From a virus (Duplodnaviria; Caudoviricetes), in the IMG/VR virus record IMGVR_UViG_3300033072_001056, positions 3,710-67,709 of that record: 64,000 bases of DNA, one strand, 5' to 3'. Within the stretch, counting starts at the first letter, position 1, and each line of letters opens with the position of its first letter. Shown here one piece after another: positions 34,445 to 43,723 of this stretch. Under the pieces are notes generated by a model that ran no database searches, was not told the origin of the DNA, and saw nothing but the letters and a program-made list of their open reading frames with translations. The position numbers and the translations under genes are program-made.

Positions 34445-34474
34445 CAAATATATGAATACTTTTTAAGTCTGCAA
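34445..34474 (-). promoter_or_regulatory. Promoter of tRNA array 3
   Basis: TTG-N19-TATATTTG on the minus strand. Confidence 0.85.
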
Positions 34475-34484
34475 GTATTTATAG

Positions 34485-34531
34485 AAAAATAATATGAATT
34501 CTACAACTTATATAAAGTTTTTCTATCTTTG
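34485..34531 (+). promoter_or_regulatory. Late-class promoter (portal)
   Basis: AAAAATAATAT box starting 39 nt before TATCTTTG. Confidence 0.65.
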
Positions 34532-34554
34532 TTGTGTAAATATTTATCAGACAA

Positions 34555-36984
34555 ATGGATAATAGTAAGAACGGCAATTTCAATATAAGCCCAATGGTTA
34601 GTTTTCCAAGTCAATTGGAGCCATTCGAAGTAAAAAAAACTAAAGAGTGGGGGCTAAGATTGGCTCAGTCAATACAAAGCGATTGGTTTTACGGGATGAA
34701 TACCGGAAACTTTTTGTCTTCTCAATTCAATTTGCAAAGACGTGATTTTTTACAAAGACGTTTATACGCAAAAGGATTGCAGTCAATGGACAAATACATA
34801 GAGCAATTCAAATCAGACGGAGACAAGTCGTTCTTAAACCTTCCAACTAAACCGATTAGTATTATCCCTAAATTAGTTGATGTGGTTGTTAATGGGATGG
34901 CCGACAGAGGTTATTCTATTCGTGCTACTTCAATTGACCCGATTGGTCACAAAGAAAGAGTAGCTTACAGAGAGCAGATTGAAACCGACGTTCTTTCAAA
35001 AGACATAATTGTTCAAGCAAAAGAAAAATTAGGCGTAGATGTGGCTAGTATGCCACTAGAACAACTTCCGGAGACCGACGAAGAATTGAACTTGCACATG
35101 GAACTTGAGTACAAGCAATCTATCGAGCTTTCTCAAGAATTGGCAATTGAGCAAGTAATGAATGACAACCGGTACAACGACAAAATAGACAGAATGGTTA
35201 AAAAAGACCTAACTATTTTGGGAGTTTCTTGGGTTAAACATCGTTTTGTTCCGGACAAAGGAATTGTAATCGAGTATGTAAATCCGGAAAACAAAGTGCA
35301 ATCATATACCGACGACCCTTATTTTGAAGATTGCTATTACCACGGAGAATTTAAGACGGTTCCGCTAACTCAAATTTATACGGATTACCAATGGCTTAAT
35401 CTTCCGGAAAACGCAGATATAAAAGCGCAAGTTGAATATTCAGCAAACGGATGGTGGGAATACAATTTGATTGCAAGCAACGACAGAATTAAAGGAGTTG
35501 CCAATTTGCTTTATTTTACATACAAAACCACAAGACCAAAGCAAAGAAAGATAAAACTCAAAGCCACCGGTGAGAAAAGAATTATCCCAATGGAATACAA
35601 AGGGAATCCGGACAAAAACCCAAACATTAAAATAACAACCGTAGAGGAAGAAGTTTTAATGGAAGGAGTTTATGTTTTAGGAACAGACATAATGCTTAAA
35701 TGGGAAGTTGCCGAATCTATGGTTAGACCAAAGTCTAACAGACAAAAGGTAATTGACCAATACATAGGTGTTGCTCCTAATATGGAAAGAGGTTATATTG
35801 ATTCGCCGGTTGCTAGAATGATACCTGTAGAAGACCAATTAAACATACTCGAATTAAAAGGCGCTCAAATCATTCAGAAAATACAACCTGACGGGTTTAT
35901 GATTGATGTGGATGCAATTGCCGAGTTAGATTTAGGAAACGGCTCCAAATTAACCGTTCAAAATGTTGTAGATATGTTTTGGCAAACCGGTAGTATTTTC
36001 ACTAGAAGTTTCGGAGCAAGTGGCGACCCAATGTATTCTAAGCCTATTACTGAATTAAGAACCGGAGACTCTATAACTAAACTACAAGCACTTACCGCTC
36101 AAAAAGCGCAGTATATGGATCAGATGCGTGACGTTATCGGATTAAACAAAGTTTCCGATGCTTCAACACCTGATAAAGATTCTTTAGTAGGAGTTCAAAA
36201 GCTTGCTTCTTTAAATTCAAATATTGCGACTCGTCATATTTTAGATGGGGCTTCTGACATAACAAAAAGAATTGCATTAGCTATTACATATCGAATTCAC
36301 GACTTATTAAAGTTCACCGAATTAAAAGAAGATTTTTCAAGAAAAATAGGTTCGACATCGGTTAAGACGTTAGAGTCTGTAAAAGATTTGCATTTGCACG
36401 ATTTCGCAATTTACTTAGATTTACATTTAGACGATGAGGAACGCGCGAAATTAGAACAAGATATGTCATTGGCAATTGACAAAGGGATGATGAGCATTCA
36501 AGATAAATACAAGGTTTTGAATATTAAAAACTTCAAACTTGCGTTGTCTTATATGACAATTTTGGTCAATAAATATCAGAAAAAACAACAAGAGCAAAAA
36601 GCCCAAGAGTACAAGATACAAGCCGATGAGAACATACGTGCTGCACAAAGCGCAGAGCAAGCTCGTCAGCAAACGGCTCAAATGATTAGTCAATTTGATA
36701 TGGCCAAGCAACAATTGGTTAATGACGGATTGATACAAAAAGAGCAAGTCAAAGGACAGGAAGACCGTTCTACATTGGAAATTAAAATCGAAGGAGATTT
36801 GATGGTTGCCCAAGCACAATCAGGTGTTAAAATGCAGATTCAAGAAGAAATGGAAAACCGTAAGGATGAAAGAGAGAATCTTAGATACACCAATCAAAGC
36901 AAGGAAAACTACAAAAAAGAAACCGGCGGTGCGCCAATTGACTTCACTCAAAACGATGAAATAAACGAAGTGTTTAAAATGTAA
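34555..36984 (+). CDS. Portal protein (crAss/phi14:2-like)
   Basis: Size and position after terL; FPSQ...K...EWG, RRLYAKG.Q, PISIIPK.VDVVVNGM motifs. Confidence 0.85.
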   Translation: MDNSKNGNFNISPMVSFPSQLEPFEVKKTKEWGLRLAQSIQSDWFYGMNTGNFLSSQFNLQRRDFLQRRLYAKGLQSMDKYIEQFKSDGDKSFLNLPTKPISIIPKLVDVVVNGMADRGYSIRATSIDPIGHKERVAYREQIETDVLSKDIIVQAKEKLGVDVASMPLEQLPETDEELNLHMELEYKQSIELSQELAIEQVMNDNRYNDKIDRMVKKDLTILGVSWVKHRFVPDKGIVIEYVNPENKVQSYTDDPYFEDCYYHGEFKTVPLTQIYTDYQWLNLPENADIKAQVEYSANGWWEYNLIASNDRIKGVANLLYFTYKTTRPKQRKIKLKATGEKRIIPMEYKGNPDKNPNIKITTVEEEVLMEGVYVLGTDIMLKWEVAESMVRPKSNRQKVIDQYIGVAPNMERGYIDSPVARMIPVEDQLNILELKGAQIIQKIQPDGFMIDVDAIAELDLGNGSKLTVQNVVDMFWQTGSIFTRSFGASGDPMYSKPITELRTGDSITKLQALTAQKAQYMDQMRDVIGLNKVSDASTPDKDSLVGVQKLASLNSNIATRHILDGASDITKRIALAITYRIHDLLKFTELKEDFSRKIGSTSVKTLESVKDLHLHDFAIYLDLHLDDEERAKLEQDMSLAIDKGMMSIQDKYKVLNIKNFKLALSYMTILVNKYQKKQQEQKAQEYKIQADENIRAAQSAEQARQQTAQMISQFDMAKQQLVNDGLIQKEQVKGQEDRSTLEIKIEGDLMVAQAQSGVKMQIQEEMENRKDERENLRYTNQSKENYKKETGGAPIDFTQNDEINEVFKM

Positions 36985-37001
36985 CAAAATATTTTCTTGA
37001 G

Positions 37002-37044
37002 AAAAAGCCGATTTCGAGTCTAAGCGACTGACTTCGGCTTTTTT
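37002..37044 (+). terminator. Intrinsic terminator after the portal gene
   Basis: AAAAAGCCGA...TCGGCTTTTT. Confidence 0.75.
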
Positions 37045-37150
37045 GTTATAACAAAAATCTATAACTTTCTAAATAACAACACTTTTTACTTATACTGCAT
37101 ACAAGTTACAATAGAATTGCCTACTTTTGAATAACTTTAAATAAATCTTT

Positions 37151-38356
37151 ATGGCTTCTATTTGGCGTCCTTACGACAAAATCATAAAAGAACTTCTTTT
37201 AAAACACCAAAACGACAATCCTAAACCTCCTTACACTTTTTACGCAAAAATAATTCTCGGAACCCGAGACGGCTCTACTATCGACAATAGAGTCGCAGAG
37301 TTGGCGAGGTACATTGGTAGAAACGAAAAGGCTATTCTCGATATGCACGAGGGGATATTTTTAGCCACTGAAAATTTAGACGTGGCAAATCAGAACGTAA
37401 AGCATATGTGGATTAAAGACAAAGGCGCTTCGTTGTTTATTAAAAATCCGAATTACACAGACCCAGAGCAAGATGTAAAAGAAATTGATTTTTTATCAAT
37501 TTTCAAAGAAAGCATAACTCCGGTAGAAGTTAATAAAAAGCAAAATCAATTTGGGGGCGCTATTTTTGATAGATTAGTGATAGCTGATGTTCATATTGGC
37601 ATGGACGTAAACAAGGACGGTTACGCTCTTTATGATGGTAAATGGGACGAAGTGACACTATTCGAAAGACTAGACGCTTTAGTAAACCACACCTTGCAAC
37701 ATCAAAAATCAAGAACATTAATCATTCACGACTTAGGAGATTATCTTGACGGATTCGACGGACTCACCACAAGGGGCGGGCATCAATTGCCTCAGAATAT
37801 GGATAACCAAATGATGTTTGATGTCGGTTTAAAATTCAAAGTGAAATTAGTAGATTCGCTAATTCCGTATTTTGATAAAATTCAGTTTGTAAATATTTGT
37901 AACGATAATCACGCCGGAAGTTTTGGGTACATAGTAAATTCAGCATTTAAAGCCTACATAGAGTTAAAGTATAAATCCGGAATAGAGGTGATTAATCAAA
38001 GAAAGTTTATAGACCACTATATTTTTGAAAACCGGTGCTTCATTTTAACTCACGGTAAGGACGATAAAAGTTTGAAGTTTGGATTTAAGCCAATTCTTGA
38101 TAGTTCGCAAATTGAAAAAATCAAAAACTACATTGACGAACATAAAATACACTCTCATAAAATTGAATTCAGCAAAGGAGATAGCCATCAATTAATATTA
38201 GACTTTACAAGTTCGACAAGTTTTGAATATCAAAATTTTGGAGCATTTAGTCCTCCGTCGGATTGGGTGAAAACAAATTTTAAAAACAGCATTAGTTGTT
38301 TCACTCACTTTAATTATTACGCGGATCAAAAATCAATAAACAATTACATATTTTAA
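37151..38356 (+). CDS. Calcineurin-like metallophosphoesterase
   Basis: ADVHIG, GDYLDG, NDNH, THG motifs. Confidence 0.8.
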   Translation: MASIWRPYDKIIKELLLKHQNDNPKPPYTFYAKIILGTRDGSTIDNRVAELARYIGRNEKAILDMHEGIFLATENLDVANQNVKHMWIKDKGASLFIKNPNYTDPEQDVKEIDFLSIFKESITPVEVNKKQNQFGGAIFDRLVIADVHIGMDVNKDGYALYDGKWDEVTLFERLDALVNHTLQHQKSRTLIIHDLGDYLDGFDGLTTRGGHQLPQNMDNQMMFDVGLKFKVKLVDSLIPYFDKIQFVNICNDNHAGSFGYIVNSAFKAYIELKYKSGIEVINQRKFIDHYIFENRCFILTHGKDDKSLKFGFKPILDSSQIEKIKNYIDEHKIHSHKIEFSKGDSHQLILDFTSSTSFEYQNFGAFSPPSDWVKTNFKNSISCFTHFNYYADQKSINNYIF

Positions 38357-38371
38357 TCAAATTAATCAATT

Positions 38372-38713
38372 ATGACAAAAGAAGACCAAGAGAAGCATTT
38401 TAACCAAATGACAGAACAAATGCGTACAATCCTTTTATCGAAAGGAGATGATTACGCGAACACAGACCGTTTGAGCAATTTTAAATTAGCCGGTAGTATA
38501 TCAGGGCTAAATGCTGAATTAAATTGCTTGTCGCTTATCTCTACAAAGGTGGCTAGGTTAGGAGTATTGTTAAACTCGGATAAAACGCCGAATAACGAAA
38601 GTGTTTTGGATAGCGTTTTAGACTTGGCGAATTACTCGATTCTGCTGAGTATGATTTTGAAAGACAAAAACAAGCAGATTCACGAAGAATATTTTGCAGA
38701 ACACAATGGATAG
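38372..38713 (+). CDS. Nucleotide-modification-associated domain (DUF1599/Nmad1-like) protein
   Basis: KGDDYA...NF...K..RL...NES..DS..DLANYS. Confidence 0.55.
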   Translation: MTKEDQEKHFNQMTEQMRTILLSKGDDYANTDRLSNFKLAGSISGLNAELNCLSLISTKVARLGVLLNSDKTPNNESVLDSVLDLANYSILLSMILKDKNKQIHEEYFAEHNG

Positions 38714-38954
38714 ACTAAAATTATTCATAACCGGCTTTACGCAAGTGTTTTTCGTAGCAATCAACACGTATTTTTTAAGCAAAGAATATTACGTAGGAGT
38801 ATTTATTTGTGGAACAATTATTTCTCTCATTTGGTCATGGAATGTTAAGAAAGTAGCTTTTGGCACTTTGCAAGACAGATTGTTTTACGCTTTTGGAGCC
38901 GGATTCGGAAGTCTGTTCGGGTTAATTGTATCAATTTTATTTTTCAAATTATGA
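38694..38954 (+). CDS. Small three-TM membrane protein
   Basis: Hydrophobic segments. Confidence 0.6.
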   Translation: MQNTMDRLKLFITGFTQVFFVAINTYFLSKEYYVGVFICGTIISLIWSWNVKKVAFGTLQDRLFYAFGAGFGSLFGLIVSILFFKL

Positions 38955-39097
38955 GACCGCTTGAAGAAAGAATAGCCGAGATTCAAAAGAAAATGGACAA
39001 GAAACTTGATTGCGGATGTAATGATGAACGTTTAAATAGCCGATACAGAGAGTTGCTTAAGCAGAAATTTGTAAATTACCCAACTAGTCAAAAGTAA
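38951..39097 (+). CDS. Small hypothetical protein (48 aa, not in ORF track)
   Basis: MRPLEERIAEIQKKMDKK...; overlaps the previous stop. Confidence 0.5.
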   Translation: MRPLEERIAEIQKKMDKKLDCGCNDERLNSRYRELLKQKFVNYPTSQK

Positions 39098-39123
39098 CTT
39101 ATAAGTTACCAATATTTAATAAC

Positions 39124-39153
39124 AAAACCCGTAGCAATTAAGTTACGGGTTTT
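39124..39153 (+). terminator. Intrinsic terminator
   Basis: AAAACCCGTAGC...GTTACGGGTTTT. Confidence 0.75.
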
Positions 39154-39199
39154 GTTTTGCTTAAAACTTTGAAATACAAAGTTCTTTCAAATACTATAA

Positions 39200-39246
39200 A
39201 AAAATAATATCATTTTGCAAAGCGTAATAGATTTTTTCTATCTTTG
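39200..39246 (+). promoter_or_regulatory. Late-class promoter (scaffold-capsid)
   Basis: AAAAATAATAT starting 39 nt before TATCTTTG. Confidence 0.65.
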
Positions 39247-39282
39247 CGTATAATTACTATTTTAAATCTAAATCAAAATACA

Positions 39283-40425
39283 ATGAACACAGAATTAGAA
39301 AATCCCGAAGAAACAGCGGAAGACTTGCAGGGCAAGATTGAAAACGCTGAATCTCAAGAGCAAGAACAAGTTGTAAGATGGAATATTGTAGACGAAAATC
39401 AAGTTGAAAAACCATTTGTTCCTGCTACTGAAGAAGCACCGAAAGAGGAAGAAGAAAAGCCGGAAGAAACCGTAGAAACTGTTGAGGCTGAAAAAGAGGT
39501 TGTTGAAACCGTTGAAGTTGTAGAAGAAAAAAATGTCGTTCCGCAAATTGACGAGCAATCAGTAATCAACTTCTTAAAGGAAAACGGAATAAACGCAAAC
39601 ACTCTTGACGAATTAAAGCCAAAAGAGCAAGAAGCGTTAGACCCTGAAACAGAGGCTTATTTAAAGTTTCGAAAAGAAACCGGCAGAGGTTACCAAGATT
39701 TTATGCAAACGCAAAAAGATTGGAGCCAAGAAGCCCAAGAAGAAGTTCTTAAACAAGTTTTGAAAATGAAATATCCTGACTTGGATGAAGACGAAATCGA
39801 ATTCAAGTTCAAGAAACAATATAGTTTTGACCCTGACTTTGACGACGAAGATGTCGTTATGGAAAAGAAGATTAACTTAAAAACCGATTATCGAGAAGGT
39901 TTAAAGCTTTTAGAAAGTCAAAAAGAACAGTATATGACTCGCAGAAGTTCTGATGAGTTTGTTCCGGAAGACTACAAGAAAGCAAAAGAATTCTTGGATA
40001 ATTACAATAAACAATTAGAAGAAAATCAAACTGTTCACGAACAGCTAAGGTCAGACTTCGAGCAAAAAACAAATGAATTGTTCTCTGAAAAATTTGAAGG
40101 TTTCAAATTTAAAGTAGGTGACCAAGAGTTTGTAGTAAAGCCCGAAGATGTGCAGCAAGCAAAAACCTTATTGTCTGACGTAAGCAATTTTGACAAAAAG
40201 TTCTTTGAAGAAACAGGAAAGTTAAAAGACCCACAAGGTTACTATAAGGCGTTGTACTTAGGTATGAACGCTGATAAAATGGCAGAGCATTTCATTAATT
40301 TAGGAATGGCAATGCAAGCCGAAAAAGAGGAGCGAGAATCTAAAAATATTCCTTTACCGGGAACGAAGCAGGTTCAATCTCCACTTAGTAATTCGTCTAA
40401 ACCTTGGACTGTTGTAAAAGACTAA
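39283..40425 (+). CDS. Acidic scaffolding-like capsid assembly protein
   Basis: E-rich; directly upstream of the MCP; ATG at 39283 preferred over the TTG start in the ORF track. Confidence 0.65.
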   Translation: MNTELENPEETAEDLQGKIENAESQEQEQVVRWNIVDENQVEKPFVPATEEAPKEEEEKPEETVETVEAEKEVVETVEVVEEKNVVPQIDEQSVINFLKENGINANTLDELKPKEQEALDPETEAYLKFRKETGRGYQDFMQTQKDWSQEAQEEVLKQVLKMKYPDLDEDEIEFKFKKQYSFDPDFDDEDVVMEKKINLKTDYREGLKLLESQKEQYMTRRSSDEFVPEDYKKAKEFLDNYNKQLEENQTVHEQLRSDFEQKTNELFSEKFEGFKFKVGDQEFVVKPEDVQQAKTLLSDVSNFDKKFFEETGKLKDPQGYYKALYLGMNADKMAEHFINLGMAMQAEKEERESKNIPLPGTKQVQSPLSNSSKPWTVVKD

Positions 40426-40483
40426 TTTTTCTTCTAGTTGTGTGAGAACAAAAAGAATAACACAACCCTAAAAATTAGAAACA

Positions 40484-41788
40484 ATGAGCGTACAAGTCTC
40501 TCCGGGCGTATTACTTACCCCGACACCAACAAAAACCCCTACTCCTACGAATTACATTAGTGATTCCGAGTACAACTTGCTTACTCAGTACATTCCTGAG
40601 TTAGAAGAAAGAATTGTAGACCGTTTCGGTACACAAAACATTACCGGTATGCTTGAGGCATTAGGTAAAGAATCTCCATTCCAAGCGGATTTAATCAAAT
40701 GGAATGAAGAAGGAAGATTGACACAATTAGCAGAAGGAGTTACTCGTTCTTCTAACGTGTTTACGTCAAACTCTCACACTTTCCGTGTTGGAGAAACGAT
40801 TGTGGTTAGAACTGCCAATGGTGCAGATTTACGTCAAGGACAAATTACCGCTGTAACAACCAACACCTTTACTGCTTTATGTGGTAACGCTGCTGGATGG
40901 ACAGGAACAAGCGGATTAACCGTTTATGCTGACTCTAACGAATTCCAAAAAGGAACAACCGGTCTTGAAGTAGGATTGAATTCTCAAGTTCAACAATTTA
41001 CTCAAAAACCGATTATCATCAAAGAATTCCTTGAAGAAACAGGCTCTAACTTAGCGTTAAGAACTTGGGTTGATACCGGTGAAGGTTTCTTGTGGTATTT
41101 CAAAAACTTGAAAGATACCAAAATGCGTTTCAACAATGCTATCGAGAACAAATTAATTATGGGTAAACTTTGGGAAGGTGACTTAGCTGGCGCCGGAGTT
41201 CAAGGTACTCAAGGTTTATTCTCTGCTGCTGAAGAAGGAAATATTTTCTCCGGCCAAGCAACTGACTTAGACGATTTTGATGAAATCATCGATAGAATGA
41301 ACGCTCAAGGTGGTATTTCTGAAAACTATTTGTATATCACATCTGCTCAAAGTAGAGTTATTGACAGAATGTTAAAAGCGGAAAACGTTACTGGTGTATC
41401 TTGGGGAGAATTCTCTAATGAAGCAGAAATGTTGAAATTAGGATTCGAAGCTTTCAAATACGGTGGTTACCAATTCAAAAAATCGCTTTGGAGATTCTTG
41501 GACAATCCTACAACTGAAGGTTCTGCTACCGGAGCAACTAAGTATCACGGAATTATGATTCCTATGGGGTCTAAAAAAGTGTACGACGTTATGACTGGTA
41601 ATACAGCGACTAACCCTATCTTACACGTGAAATATCGTGCTAGCCAAGCTACTAACCGTAAGTACAAAATGGCTATCAGAGATTGGGATAACGGAACCAA
41701 CGCTGAAGACGCTCGTATTACAGAGTTCATCACAGAAAGAGCTTTGTGTTTAGCAGCGAGAAATAACGTGATGGTATTCAAAGGGTAA
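40484..41788 (+). CDS. Major capsid protein (crAss-like HK97 fold)
   Basis: 434 aa; QY.PEL, W.EEGRL, GTQGLF.A.E..GN, ERALC motifs; position. Confidence 0.85.
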   Translation: MSVQVSPGVLLTPTPTKTPTPTNYISDSEYNLLTQYIPELEERIVDRFGTQNITGMLEALGKESPFQADLIKWNEEGRLTQLAEGVTRSSNVFTSNSHTFRVGETIVVRTANGADLRQGQITAVTTNTFTALCGNAAGWTGTSGLTVYADSNEFQKGTTGLEVGLNSQVQQFTQKPIIIKEFLEETGSNLALRTWVDTGEGFLWYFKNLKDTKMRFNNAIENKLIMGKLWEGDLAGAGVQGTQGLFSAAEEGNIFSGQATDLDDFDEIIDRMNAQGGISENYLYITSAQSRVIDRMLKAENVTGVSWGEFSNEAEMLKLGFEAFKYGGYQFKKSLWRFLDNPTTEGSATGATKYHGIMIPMGSKKVYDVMTGNTATNPILHVKYRASQATNRKYKMAIRDWDNGTNAEDARITEFITERALCLAARNNVMVFKG

Positions 41789-41814
41789 TCCTTAGAAGAA
41801 ATCACAAACAAGTT

Positions 41815-41847
41815 AAAGGGCTTGGATTTATTTCAAGCCCTTTTTTT
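41815..41847 (+). terminator. Intrinsic terminator after the MCP gene
   Basis: AAAGGGCTTG...CAAGCCCTTTTTTT. Confidence 0.8.
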
Positions 41848-41877
41848 AAATAAAATCTAACTTTAAATTGAATAAAA

Positions 41878-42876
41878 ATGGGAAACAACAATTGGAAGCC
41901 GTTCGGGAGCAATAATTCCGGACAGCAAAAAAATGAAAATCAGTCAAAAGAAAGTCAAGAAGTTGATGAAAAAACAACGACTGAAGAACCAAAAATCCTT
42001 ATGACACCTTCTGAAATAGAAGCGTTGTTAGAAAAAAAGCTTGAAGAAAAACTTCAGAACACTTCAAAGCCTGAGCCGGTACAAGAGAAAGTTATTACTC
42101 AGATCAAAAACACAAATACCGACGAAATTCCCGAATTGAGAAATTTTGTTCCTAAAGAACGTATTTACGTTTTAACCAATGGAACTAAACCTATTTCTCA
42201 CGGATTACAAACAAGACACAAGCCGGGAAGTCCGCTTCAGTACATTAATCCGGAAACAAAAGAAGTACACGCTTTATTTTATTCATTGACCGAGACGTCT
42301 TTTTTCAAAGACAAACATAAGGGCGATGCAAGAGTAGAACACGTTCACTTCAAAGACGGTATGCTAAAGACTTATGAGCAAGACATCAAATTGCAAAAGT
42401 TCTTAGCTATTCACCCGGGCAACAAAGCAATGGGTGGTACTTTATTTGAGGAGTACAATCCTTCAAAAGAAGCAGAAACCACATTAGAGCAAGAAGAATT
42501 ATTATTCAAGGCAATGGAAGTTTCAAGAAGCATCAGCTTTGTTAAGTTAGACGCAGTAGCGAGATTATTGTGTTCTGATTACAAAGAAACTTGGGAGCCG
42601 GCAGAAGTTAAAAAAGCAGTTTACTTGGAGGTTAAAAAACAACCGACAAATTTCCTTAAATTGGCAAATGACCCAGTTTTAGAGATGAAAGGAATTGCAA
42701 AAACCGCTGTTGACAGAGGATTGATTACTTACAAAAACTACCGATTCTTAAACGATAAAGGAGAAGTAATTTGCGAAGTATCAAGAAACCAAGACGAGTA
42801 CGATGCTATTTGTGAGTATTTCTTAACCGGTAATGGAAGAACAACATACGAGTTTCTTCGTAACGCAATCAGTTAA
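41878..42876 (+). CDS. Virion structural protein following the MCP
   Basis: R.Y.L...PL.Y...F..G.L...LQKFL..HP pattern. Confidence 0.6.
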   Translation: MGNNNWKPFGSNNSGQQKNENQSKESQEVDEKTTTEEPKILMTPSEIEALLEKKLEEKLQNTSKPEPVQEKVITQIKNTNTDEIPELRNFVPKERIYVLTNGTKPISHGLQTRHKPGSPLQYINPETKEVHALFYSLTETSFFKDKHKGDARVEHVHFKDGMLKTYEQDIKLQKFLAIHPGNKAMGGTLFEEYNPSKEAETTLEQEELLFKAMEVSRSISFVKLDAVARLLCSDYKETWEPAEVKKAVYLEVKKQPTNFLKLANDPVLEMKGIAKTAVDRGLITYKNYRFLNDKGEVICEVSRNQDEYDAICEYFLTGNGRTTYEFLRNAIS

Positions 42877-42895
42877 TACTGTTTGATTATAAATT

Positions 42896-42924
42896 AAAAG
42901 CGCTTCAATCGAGGCGCTTTTTTT
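42896..42924 (+). terminator. Intrinsic terminator
   Basis: AAAAGCGCTTC-AATC-GAGGCGCTTTT. Confidence 0.75.
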
Positions 42925-42974
42925 ATTAAATGTATTGTAAAAATATTTATCTTTGCTATGTAAATTAGCAAGTT

Positions 42975-43712
42975 ATGATTTCTGTAAATCAGGTTAGAAA
43001 TGTTGTGATGTTTTTTTTAGCGAAGAACAACCGCGGTTATCTTGGTGTAGACGAATTTAATTCGTTTTGCCAATTAGCGCAATTGGATATTTTTGAGAAC
43101 TTATTCTACCAATACAACCAATTTCTAAATAAAGAAAACAAAAGGTTGACCGGTACTGAATACGCAAACATTCCTAAAAACTTACGCGAACAAATTGACA
43201 TTTTTGCCGAGTACACTACAGAATCAAACTTTACATACGACGGAGCAACTAATCTTTGGACTTACACGGGTAATGATTTATACAGAGCAGAGAACTTGTC
43301 ATTAGTAGAAACTGCTACTCAGAAAAAGATTGACATTCAAGAGGTTCAAAAAAGAGATTTGAATATTTTGAAGAATTCGCCAATGACGGCGCCAAGTTTA
43401 TTATTCCCTTACTATGTTCGTAAAGGAGTTGGATTTGAGATTTCGCCAATTGTTCCGAGCGATTATTATGCGGAGCTTTTCTACATTAGAACGCCTAAAG
43501 CGCCGAAGTGGACTTATGTGCTTGTTCAAGGCAATCCGCAATATAACGGCTCCGCAAGTGATTTGCAAAACATCGAACTTCACGAAAGTTTATTTGAAAA
43601 AGTTGTAGCCAAGGTATTGTCTTACGCTGGCTTGTCAATTCGTGAGGCAGAAGTGATTCAAGCAGCGAATTCAGAAGAAATGAATACTTGGCAAATGCAA
43701 AATCAACCATAA
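42975..43712 (+). CDS. Tail ring / head-tail adaptor protein
   Basis: V...V...L.KNNRGYL...EFN...AQLDIFE; YIR.PK.PKW.Y. Confidence 0.7.
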   Translation: MISVNQVRNVVMFFLAKNNRGYLGVDEFNSFCQLAQLDIFENLFYQYNQFLNKENKRLTGTEYANIPKNLREQIDIFAEYTTESNFTYDGATNLWTYTGNDLYRAENLSLVETATQKKIDIQEVQKRDLNILKNSPMTAPSLLFPYYVRKGVGFEISPIVPSDYYAELFYIRTPKAPKWTYVLVQGNPQYNGSASDLQNIELHESLFEKVVAKVLSYAGLSIREAEVIQAANSEEMNTWQMQNQP

Positions 43713-43723
43713 AAATTTAAGAG

